Shown: piece by piece, positions 56,497-64,000 of the stretch
Position numbering within the stretch: the stretch's first letter is position 1
Layout: each line of letters begins with the position of its first letter
NCBI GenBank assembly: GCA_015062485.1
Contig: SUUO01000001.1
Location: 1,691 to 65,690, forward strand
Origin: Alphaproteobacteria bacterium
Lineage (GTDB): Bacteria > Pseudomonadota > Alphaproteobacteria > Rs-D84
Length of the DNA: 64,000 nucleotides
Reading direction: 5' to 3'
Program-made: the position numbers and the translations under genes
Notes under the pieces: model-generated
What the model saw: the letters and a program-made list of their open reading frames with translations, nothing else
The model's database searches: none
Told to the model about the DNA's origin: nothing

Positions 56497-56605
56497 ACAA
56501 TGCAGTATGGCAAAGAAGATAATAAAAAATCAATATCAATTGCCTTTGTGCAATCTATTTTTTCATAATTGACACCTGTTAAGCATAGCAATATAATACA
56601 TATTG

Positions 56606-57040
56606 ATGACCAGAAACGCGCATTTTTTTATATACATTTTATGTTCTTGTATACTGATTCATCAGTCGGCAAAATGTGAAAACACAACCCAAAAGTGGGC
56701 GGGGAAGTGGTATCTAAATGACCAGGACACTGTTTTTGGTGGGGCAATGGAAGTTTTTAACTGTGATGATACAACATGTGATTTTAAATCGGAATCTTGG
56801 TACGATTTACATATCTGTGATGTTGAAGGGAAAATAAAAATCAACGGAGATAAGGCAGAATACAACAGCAAAAAATATCAATATGACAGAGAGACAGATA
56901 CGGAATATTTTATTCCTGTTGGTATATTGTTTCAAATGGAGGCAGAAGATAAAATGAATCTGCATTTTATCAATGCAGATTCATTTAGCGCCTTTTGTGG
57001 CATACAAGCAACACTTGAAGGGATATGGATTAAACAGTAA
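56606..57040 (+). CDS. small secreted Cys-containing protein
   Basis: Hydrophobic N-terminus FFIYILCSCILI. A KWAGKW motif resembles the neighbour's GKW motif. Confidence 0.5.
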   Translation: MTRNAHFFIYILCSCILIHQSAKCENTTQKWAGKWYLNDQDTVFGGAMEVFNCDDTTCDFKSESWYDLHICDVEGKIKINGDKAEYNSKKYQYDRETDTEYFIPVGILFQMEAEDKMNLHFINADSFSAFCGIQATLEGIWIKQ

Positions 57041-58186
57041 TTAGTATTTATTTACTCTTTTCAACCAACCGTTTTTTGCCGTCACCCAGTTTTTTGTGCC
57101 TTTTAAGTAATCTATTCTTTCAGATTTTAGTGCTACCATAAATTCGTTGACCGCGTTATCGGGAATAGTATTTAGGGATTTAATTGTTTCGCTGCCTATT
57201 GCGCCATCAACAACCAAATTCGCGTCCAAGAAAGAATTTAGTGCACGTTGAACTGTCTTCCCGGCACCTCCCATCACATTCATATCAAACACTGCATCAC
57301 GTATTCTGTCGTTTTTGATTTCTGGGATTCTTGTATTGTCCCAATATTCGTTTTTATAAATTTCTTTGGCCTGTGCGGCTGTTAAATATTTTACATCTGC
57401 TGGGAAATTTTTGTCTGGATGCTTGTTAGCGTATCTATCCAGCGTGCTTTGTTTTATGCCCATATTAGTCGGTTCGTCTTTTCGTTGATTCTTGCCATCG
57501 GTATATCCCCCTTCGGGTTCTTGTAATTTATTGTATGCTTGTTCAAATTTCATATTATCTTCCTTTTGCGTTTCTGGCTTTTGACCTTTGTAAACCTTGC
57601 TGCCTATCTTCTTGCCGTTTTTGTCCAGCTCTATTTCTTCAACCCAACAGCGACAGTTTGGATGAACGGGACATGTTGGTACGCCTTCTTTGGTTTCATA
57701 GACCGTCCCATCGTTCCCCGAACATTCATCGCATGTATTTTCGCCATGTTCGCTGTGCCATATCCATATCTTGGGCTTTATTTCAAACTCTGGAATATTC
57801 AAAGCATAAGTTTCCAGACTTCGTTTTGAAACATGACCGCCCGGCATTAAAACTTTGACCGGTATCGGCGTGCCAGGAACAACATATTCTTCGATATCAA
57901 AATTAAAACCAATTGTTTCAAAATAATCGCCGTATGTGTCCAGGACATCTGCTTCTGCCTCGCTTTTATCGGACTCGAACTCCGTTTCTATTTCATGCTG
58001 GGCTTTGTAGAACTGTTCCAATGTCATATCATATTCTGGGCGCATCATACGACCTGTGGCATCAAACGCCACTGTTCCGGGATACAAGATGTTCATATAC
58101 TTTGTTGCGCGTTTATAAGTTTCGCTGTTTTTATCACCGTATTCGGGCGATGAAATCAGTTCTTGTAAAAATTTTGGTGTTATCAT
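57041..58186 (-). CDS. MuF-like domain fused to GH108-type muramidase and PG_binding_3-like domain
   Basis: N-half ends in C..C...PVHPNCRCW, the hallmark of the phage Mu F / SPP1 gp7 family. C-half carries EPEGGYTDG...NMGI (the GH108 EGGY motif) followed by VVDGAIGSETIKSL (peptidoglycan-binding type 3). Confidence 0.6.
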   Translation of the reverse strand: MITPKFLQELISSPEYGDKNSETYKRATKYMNILYPGTVAFDATGRMMRPEYDMTLEQFYKAQHEIETEFESDKSEAEADVLDTYGDYFETIGFNFDIEEYVVPGTPIPVKVLMPGGHVSKRSLETYALNIPEFEIKPKIWIWHSEHGENTCDECSGNDGTVYETKEGVPTCPVHPNCRCWVEEIELDKNGKKIGSKVYKGQKPETQKEDNMKFEQAYNKLQEPEGGYTDGKNQRKDEPTNMGIKQSTLDRYANKHPDKNFPADVKYLTAAQAKEIYKNEYWDNTRIPEIKNDRIRDAVFDMNVMGGAGKTVQRALNSFLDANLVVDGAIGSETIKSLNTIPDNAVNEFMVALKSERIDYLKGTKNWVTAKNGWLKRVNKY

Positions 58187-58329
58187 TGTTTTTCTCCATA
58201 AAAAACACCCGCGGTTGCGGGCAATAAAAAAAGACGACCAAATGTCGTCTGCTGAATATGCGCATTATATCATAAAACGCACATTCCTTCAACAAAAAAC
58301 AAAACGACCGGCAAGCGGTCGTTAATTTT

Positions 58330-58405
58330 TGGTGGGGACACAGGGACTCGAACCCTGGACCCAATGATTAAAAGTCATTTGCTCTACCAACTGAGCTATG
58401 TCCCC
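58330..58405 (-). tRNA. tRNA-Lys(UUU), CCA encoded
   Basis: The reverse complement GGGGACATAGCTCAGTTGGTAGAGCAAATGACTTTTAATCATTGGGTCCAGGGTTCGAGTCCCTGTGTCCCCACCA folds as a cloverleaf with anticodon loop CTTTTAA. Confidence 0.92.
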
Positions 58406-58508
58406 AAAACCGGACCTGGAAAGGGAGAACGCGGAGTTCTGTTTCCAAGGTACGGGGGCAATTTTGACACATTTAAAATTAAAAATCAAGAAAAAATAAC
58501 AAAAATTC

Positions 58509-59195
58509 TTATTTTTTATTTTTGCCGCCCTGCCCTGGAATCGATTCTGGGGGCGTCAAATGATGTGCCAGGTTCAGAGCGGCCACACTGTCGGCGTCCA
58601 ACCAATCCAAGATATGTCCCATTATATTTTCAACATATTTCGCAGAAACGTGCCGATTTTTATGAAATTTTGTTTCATTTATCAAATGCGCCATTGCGCG
58701 CGCAATGGACGATAAAATTTGAACCTGGTCTGGGGTTAGGGTGTTGGTCTGACTGTTCCGAAATAACAGTGTATCCAAATCATTATGACACGAATGCAAT
58801 GCATCCAGGACGCGTGGAGTTATATTCAATCGTCGCGCAATTTCAGGCGCACGCCACACCAACATTCGGTTCAAGTTTTCCAGGCTTAATTTGTTTCGCA
58901 CCCCCATCGCGTCACGCAACATCATTATTGTATTTACCAGGACATCGTTCAGTTTATCGGTCATACTGTGGATGACGGACTTCTTCATTTGACGCGCAAC
59001 ACGAGAATTTGTGTAATCATACAGCAAGAATACCAATGGTATCGACAGCAGGGACGCAGAAACATTTATAACCAAATCCCGAATATTTGCATTTGGGGCA
59101 TTGTCAATGGCGCCTGTGTACAAAATAATACCGCCGGCAATAGACATCAAGTAAGGCAAGGACTTTAACAAAAAAGTGCGGATATTTAGTTTCAT
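58509..59195 (-). CDS. hypothetical membrane protein
   Basis: Two N-terminal TM segments, helical C-terminal domain. No family recognised and no clear RBS. Confidence 0.45.
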   Translation of the reverse strand: MKLNIRTFLLKSLPYLMSIAGGIILYTGAIDNAPNANIRDLVINVSASLLSIPLVFLLYDYTNSRVARQMKKSVIHSMTDKLNDVLVNTIMMLRDAMGVRNKLSLENLNRMLVWRAPEIARRLNITPRVLDALHSCHNDLDTLLFRNSQTNTLTPDQVQILSSIARAMAHLINETKFHKNRHVSAKYVENIMGHILDWLDADSVAALNLAHHLTPPESIPGQGGKNKK

Positions 59196-59245
59196 ATCCG
59201 CATTGTATATTTTTTATCCGGCAATATGTACAGGAACATAGTCCC

Positions 59246-60487
59246 TTAGACAATATCATCACCGGCGGGACGTGTTGTCTTAAGAACACGAATATTGGGG
59301 TTGTATTGTGCGGCACATCTGTTTTTAATGAACAACAAAGCCCACATTCCAATAAGTACTATTATCGTGCCCAGGATGAATATACTGTAACGCCAACTGC
59401 CCATTGTGCCACCCAGGCCAATAAGCAGGCACGTAACAACGTAAATAACGTTATCACCGATACTGTACAATGATAAAATTACAGAACGATAGCCGGATGG
59501 CAGGAAATCTTGGAACCGCGAATAAAGCAAAATATAGATGGCTGCAAACAATGCATATGCCGCCCCCAGCGCCCACAGCCCCGTAACATTATAAAAGACA
59601 GAAAACGTCATATAAAGCCCGCCCGCCATACATATCGCAAAATATAAAATCCAATCCGGCACAGATTTAAAACGGTGCGCAAAGGTTTGACCCAGAACAC
59701 TGCACCCAAGGGCAAAAAACTGAACCAATCCAACATAAACCACCGGCAGGCCAATTTCAACACCAATCGGGCTAAGGTAGTCATCAAGATAGCAAATATT
59801 ACTGACCAGCAGTGTCAGCATCAGCATCAAAAATATGCACGGCGTTTGAATGCAAATGCGGGTTCCCGTACGAAACAGTTTCATAAAGTTCGTCTTACGC
59901 ACACGTTGGGCGCGATTGTGTGAATGCGCGCGCAACTGAATCCGATTTATGCAAATCATAGAAATTGCTATCGAGATCAATGACGCCAATGTTATCCATT
60001 CATATCCAACAAACATTAGTAACGATCCAAATGCAGACAATGCCGCCGCAACCGCAGACACATTATAACGCGTTCCCAAAACACGCGCATAAATATCGTG
60101 GTGACGGCGGGCACGCAATTCATCGTACAACATCCCTTCGAATGCGACGTTAAAGAACGCAGACTGAATCCCCCATAAAAACATACCGATTGCAAAACCC
60201 CAAAAGGTTGGCCAAATCAGCCATAATGCAAATGCAAACGCCTTTAACACCTGGCCCAGATTTATAGCATTCTTCTGGCCCAATTTGTTCGTTATCCAAG
60301 TGACCGGAATTTGGCACATAAACGTACCGACCGACAAAATAATAAACAGCGCCGACAACTGCATATCGGACATACCGTGTTCCTGCATAAAAACCGCATA
60401 AACCGGGCTTAATAGCAATAATTTATTAAAGAAAATATACGCATAAATGTTCGTCAGGAAACGACGCAGAGTAGTCTTCTTTTTCAT
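59246..60487 (-). CDS. MFS transporter
   Basis: About 12 hydrophobic segments in a 413-aa protein, with MFS-like loop motifs. Confidence 0.7.
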   Translation of the reverse strand: MKKKTTLRRFLTNIYAYIFFNKLLLLSPVYAVFMQEHGMSDMQLSALFIILSVGTFMCQIPVTWITNKLGQKNAINLGQVLKAFAFALWLIWPTFWGFAIGMFLWGIQSAFFNVAFEGMLYDELRARRHHDIYARVLGTRYNVSAVAAALSAFGSLLMFVGYEWITLASLISIAISMICINRIQLRAHSHNRAQRVRKTNFMKLFRTGTRICIQTPCIFLMLMLTLLVSNICYLDDYLSPIGVEIGLPVVYVGLVQFFALGCSVLGQTFAHRFKSVPDWILYFAICMAGGLYMTFSVFYNVTGLWALGAAYALFAAIYILLYSRFQDFLPSGYRSVILSLYSIGDNVIYVVTCLLIGLGGTMGSWRYSIFILGTIIVLIGMWALLFIKNRCAAQYNPNIRVLKTTRPAGDDIV

Positions 60488-60576
60488 AATTCCAATCCAT
60501 TATTGGTGGAATTATAACCCATTTTGAAAATAAAATGTATAAATTTTAATTTTTAAATCAAAAAATCCCAAAAACA

Positions 60577-60605
60577 TTGAATTTTTGTCAAATTTACACT
60601 ATAAT
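60577..60605 (+). promoter_or_regulatory. sigma70-type promoter
   Basis: TTGAAT, 17 nt, TATAAT. The ATG at 60634 lies 29 nt downstream. Confidence 0.6.
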
Positions 60606-60633
60606 AAACGGGATAAGAACAAAGGTAGCGCAG

Positions 60634-63015
60634 ATGGCAAATATGAAAGATTTTTTGACAGCATACTACAACAGACTGATATTTCGTGAAATGTCGCATG
60701 AACAGTTTGTTCAGTTCTGCGGATATATCAAAGACAAAAAAGCAACTGACAATCAAAAAATCTGGGCGGAAGAATTACTAAAAAAAGATCCCGTTACGGG
60801 TGAATTTGAAACCGTTCCGGGAACAAATATATACGTAAAAAAGGAAATCCCAGACCCACAGGACCCGGCAGACGAACTGTATCTGGGGGCGGATGATAAA
60901 GAGTGGAAAAAATTATTTAAAGCATTTCAGACCGCTTTTCAGTCTATGGATGGCGCAAAGAACAGTTTCAAATATAACGATAAAGCCAACAAATTTTTAG
61001 AAAAATACTTTGGTTCCCATACAACTGGCACAACAACCGTTCAGCACCTGTTCCAATACACAAAAGCAACCCCAGCAGCCAGGGCAAAGATTGGCCCCGC
61101 ACCGGCCGGTGCGGCAACCGTTACGCTACACGGATTTTTAACCAAGTACAGAAACCGATTAGAATTGCAATTAAAAAACTGGGGTGTGCTAAATGATGAT
61201 TTTTCGTACGACGATTTATTAAGCGGAATTGCATCTGAAAAATATAATAAAAACCCAAAGTTCAGAAAACAGATGGAACATGTCGCCCAGGTGATTGATG
61301 GTTACATTGCCGGCGACACAACAATGCAAGCCAGATTGGGAATTTCAAATCCGAACGACATTCCAGATTGTGGAGATCTTGCACAGTGGTTTGATGATGA
61401 TAACATTCCGACTTTTCGCCTACAACAATTTAAAAATGAATACCCCATACTGTTAAATACATTGCGCAAAGAGTCGAAAGTGCGCGAGGTTTTTGAACAA
61501 TATGATGAAGGCAAGATATCGGGACCATTAAATAAAGCGTTGGCCAACCAATCATATGACAACCCAAATAGCGACGATTACGTTCAGCCCAAACGCGAAG
61601 ACACCCTTACAATCCCGGAACGACTTTCCGAATGGTGGGGGGATACATATTCTGATTGTCTGGAAAAATATATCAAACTAAGTGGGGACAGATTATACTT
61701 TTCACCCCAAGCCAAGGCAATTGCGGGAAAATTACCCAAGGATTTAAAAAAGACAGATGGACTGGACGGGGTATTAAAACATACCGGTTCTATACGAAGC
61801 AAATTAAAAGAGGCACGTGACTTTGAGTCCGCTAAACACGTTGAATGGTTTGAAAAAACATTAACCGCATTAAAAAATGATAAAAAATTATCCAAGGTTT
61901 GGGCCGGCGCACTAAAAAATGGAACACATATGCAGGCACTGGTCAAAGAAATAATGATTCGCGCCATAAAAGAAGGAAAAGTGAAAGAAGCAAAAACCGC
62001 ACTGGAACTGATTTCTGTGTTACATTATGGGTACACCACCAGCAAGGTTATGGACACATTGGCAAAAACAGACTTCACCGTATTTTCTGATAAAAGTCTG
62101 TCTTTCAATAAAACAGACGGGGTAAAATTTGTTACCAATGCACTGGACAAAGGGATAAAAACCGCGTTTATGGGAATTGGCTATGGCATTACAATAATTG
62201 GAAATGCAATAAAATTGTCTGGGCGCAAAATAAACAAGTTTTCTGATAAAAACGGTAATTTCAAATCAGAGCACGATCAATATTTACAGCAACAACAAAA
62301 TGATAAACAGTCGCTACAAAACCTGTTGACAAGTGAACGCGCACAAAGAACGAATACAGAGGCGACCATCAATACAATTACAGCAGGTCGAACCGTTGCA
62401 CAAACACAAACAGATTTAACAAATGATATTGGAAATCTGGAAACGATTATTAATAATTTCTGTGCCACCGAGATTCAAACCCTGGAACAAGCCATTAATC
62501 AAACCGTGTACAATGTCAATGCAACTGGCACGTGGGCACCAATCGCAAATAATGCAGAATTAACCGCACTGGACGCTTTTCTGAACTCTATATCGGGGGA
62601 TACACTGGCGGCGATGCCTACTCTGACGGGGACAGACCCAAGTATTCCCGCATTACAAAACCATCTGAACACGATTGCGGCACAACACGCAAACCTGGTT
62701 ACGAACAGGGGACAATTGGCAAATAAACAGCAAAGTTTAGATGACTTGATAAATGGGACAGAATTATTAACCCAATTAACCGCCCAGATTACAGAACATG
62801 AAAACGAAGTTAATAACTGGGACGCGAATCATATAGACGAATTAGAAGAACTGGTTAAATATTGGAATATGCTGGAAACGGGACGCAACACACATATGGG
62901 ACCAATGTATAATTGGTTGCGTAACCTGAAAAAGAAAAATGCCCAGAAACGCTTCAATCAGGAAATACCAAATATAATATCGGCGTACAACCAATCGCAT
63001 ACAATCGCGGCCTGA
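60634..63015 (+). CDS. large orphan protein (about 793 aa), helical / Q-N-T-rich C-terminal half
   Basis: Long ORF starting at MANMKDF. One hydrophobic stretch (AFMGIGYGITIIGNAI), then coiled-coil-like Q/N/T-rich sequence. No family recognised. Confidence 0.6.
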   Translation: MANMKDFLTAYYNRLIFREMSHEQFVQFCGYIKDKKATDNQKIWAEELLKKDPVTGEFETVPGTNIYVKKEIPDPQDPADELYLGADDKEWKKLFKAFQTAFQSMDGAKNSFKYNDKANKFLEKYFGSHTTGTTTVQHLFQYTKATPAARAKIGPAPAGAATVTLHGFLTKYRNRLELQLKNWGVLNDDFSYDDLLSGIASEKYNKNPKFRKQMEHVAQVIDGYIAGDTTMQARLGISNPNDIPDCGDLAQWFDDDNIPTFRLQQFKNEYPILLNTLRKESKVREVFEQYDEGKISGPLNKALANQSYDNPNSDDYVQPKREDTLTIPERLSEWWGDTYSDCLEKYIKLSGDRLYFSPQAKAIAGKLPKDLKKTDGLDGVLKHTGSIRSKLKEARDFESAKHVEWFEKTLTALKNDKKLSKVWAGALKNGTHMQALVKEIMIRAIKEGKVKEAKTALELISVLHYGYTTSKVMDTLAKTDFTVFSDKSLSFNKTDGVKFVTNALDKGIKTAFMGIGYGITIIGNAIKLSGRKINKFSDKNGNFKSEHDQYLQQQQNDKQSLQNLLTSERAQRTNTEATINTITAGRTVAQTQTDLTNDIGNLETIINNFCATEIQTLEQAINQTVYNVNATGTWAPIANNAELTALDAFLNSISGDTLAAMPTLTGTDPSIPALQNHLNTIAAQHANLVTNRGQLANKQQSLDDLINGTELLTQLTAQITEHENEVNNWDANHIDELEELVKYWNMLETGRNTHMGPMYNWLRNLKKKNAQKRFNQEIPNIISAYNQSHTIAA

Positions 63016-63075
63016 TCGTTTCCACGTTGACAAATCAATATTACAGTGTACTATATATACAAAAGAGGTGCACTT

Positions 63076-63819
63076 ATGTCTGTTATATCAATACCATACG
63101 CATTAGCAAATGCCAATATGACACAGTTCAAAGAAATCACTTTGACAGATTACCAGACAATTGTTCGTGCTTTAAATTCAATTTGCGCGATACACAAAGA
63201 GAGGCATTACAGTTTGTCTCACTCTGCAAGTTCGACCGCAACAACGCGCGAGCAACTTAAAAAAGAATACGCGCCACTAACAAAGCAATATACAACTGCG
63301 CTTGAAAAGTTGAACGCATTTAAAAAACGAAATTTTAATGTGTTGTCTAAGGGAGAATTAATCCAAGACGACGAATATCCAATGCCGTTTAGCAGTATCT
63401 TTACCGGCGAAACGCGCGAACAACTGTTTCAAAAACACCAAAATAGACACAGGGCTATTTATGAACAATTGCGCTCTTTAACGGCAGATGTATTGCGCTT
63501 ACAACAATACGCCCCGGAAAACGTACAACATACCATTGATATACAAATACATAACCAGCAGGCGCGCATCGAATCTGCAGAACGCGACAGCCAGGAAAAA
63601 TGGGAAAAAGACAAACGAGAACGATTAGACAAACAACATAAAATACTGACACCATTTAAATCTGGTTATATGTATGTTATACAGAATTTGAAAATTGACA
63701 TAAATGTACCTGTGTATGAAATATCTTGTAAAAGACGCACAATGAATAATATCTTAAAAGATGATACACAGAACTTTGCACATATACTTATTAATCCAAG
63801 TTTACAAATACAACGCTAA
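63076..63819 (+). CDS. orphan hypothetical protein
   Basis: AGAGG RBS before MSVISIPY. Helical and charged. No family recognised. Confidence 0.5.
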   Translation: MSVISIPYALANANMTQFKEITLTDYQTIVRALNSICAIHKERHYSLSHSASSTATTREQLKKEYAPLTKQYTTALEKLNAFKKRNFNVLSKGELIQDDEYPMPFSSIFTGETREQLFQKHQNRHRAIYEQLRSLTADVLRLQQYAPENVQHTIDIQIHNQQARIESAERDSQEKWEKDKRERLDKQHKILTPFKSGYMYVIQNLKIDINVPVYEISCKRRTMNNILKDDTQNFAHILINPSLQIQR

Positions 63820-63927
63820 GCAAACTGGCTTGATTTTTATGTCTTTTTATGATATAATATGGGCATTCGCACCGCCATTGTGGCGGTGTTTTTTATTAAC
63901 AATCTTCTACAAATCTAAGGAATCAAT

Positions 63928-64000
63928 ATGTCTAAAATTCTGCAAGTGCGACGCGGAACAGCCGACGCGCACAATAATTTTACAGGTATGCCGGGGGAAC
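63928..64000 (+). CDS. N-terminus of a phage tail-fibre-like protein (cut by window edge)
   Basis: AAGGA RBS. MSKILQVRRGTADAHNNFTGMPGE matches the I-x-[LV]-RRG-T...GE opening I associate with phage tail fibre / Mtd_N / HylP-type proteins. Confidence 0.45.
   Translation, partial: MSKILQVRRGTADAHNNFTGMPGE

Noticed and set aside
56012-58330. att-site direct repeat of the tRNA-Lys 3' end delimiting an integrated island
   Set aside because: I scanned the region by eye for a copy of the tRNA 3' segment (GGTTCGAGTCCCTGTGTCCCCA or its complement) and found none, and no integrase gene is present. The island idea rests only on gene content and AT-richness.
63829-63896. TTGATT-17-TATAAT promoter-like motif immediately followed by a hairpin plus T-run (CACCGCC-ATTG-TGGCGGTG-TTTTTT), as a tiny attenuator or sRNA
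   Set aside because: The hairpin lies about 50 nt after the stop of 63076-63819 and is most simply that gene's terminator. The AT-rich promoter-like match may be coincidental. This cannot be decided without transcript data.

Overview
Dense chromosomal segment from a moderately AT-rich, probably alphaproteobacterial genome. Supporting that placement: a DUF1013/TrcR-like protein, BamD, RlpA with a SPOR domain, RNase J, and the rplM-rpsI and lepB-rnc gene arrangements. About two thirds of the window is housekeeping: tig, rpsI, rplM, tmk, rpoD, cysS, secG, rnc, lepB, comM, rnj, rlpA, murJ, bamD, gpmI, tadA, rsmD, rplY, dnaK, lysS, tgt, queA, era, dcd, mrcA, prmC, hupB, alaS, plus tRNA-Ser(GCU), tRNA-Gly(GCC) and tRNA-Lys(UUU). 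Promoters of the form TTGnnn-17-TATAAT and stereotyped A-run/GC-hairpin/T-run bidirectional terminators can be read directly from the sequence. Accessory content stands out in five places. (1) Three paralogous cassettes (about 8.86-10.1 kb, 25.4-26.7 kb, 50.4-52.0 kb) encode signal-peptide-bearing cysteine-rich proteins. Each starts after a terminator with a shared boundary block. Two carry a nested palindromic MITE-like element, and two carry a conserved structured leader of roughly 205-225 nt with alternative helices and an intrinsic terminator. That leader is better conserved than the downstream coding sequence, which makes it a candidate new riboregulator or attenuator. (2) A 1,895-aa repeat adhesin-like protein (36801-42488) contains a near-identical 1,038-bp tandem duplication, Cys-rich CxxGYY modules and its own terminator-containing leader. 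(3) A divergent RelA/SpoT-like nucleotidyltransferase candidate is translationally juxtaposed to lysS. (4) An AT-rich stretch around tRNA-Lys holds a MuF-like/GH108 muramidase fusion, small lipoproteins, orphan large proteins and a phage tail-fibre-like N-terminus at the window edge. (5) AlaRS lacks the C-Ala domain. All calls come from reading the sequence and ORF translations and from remembered family motifs. No database search or folding computation was run.
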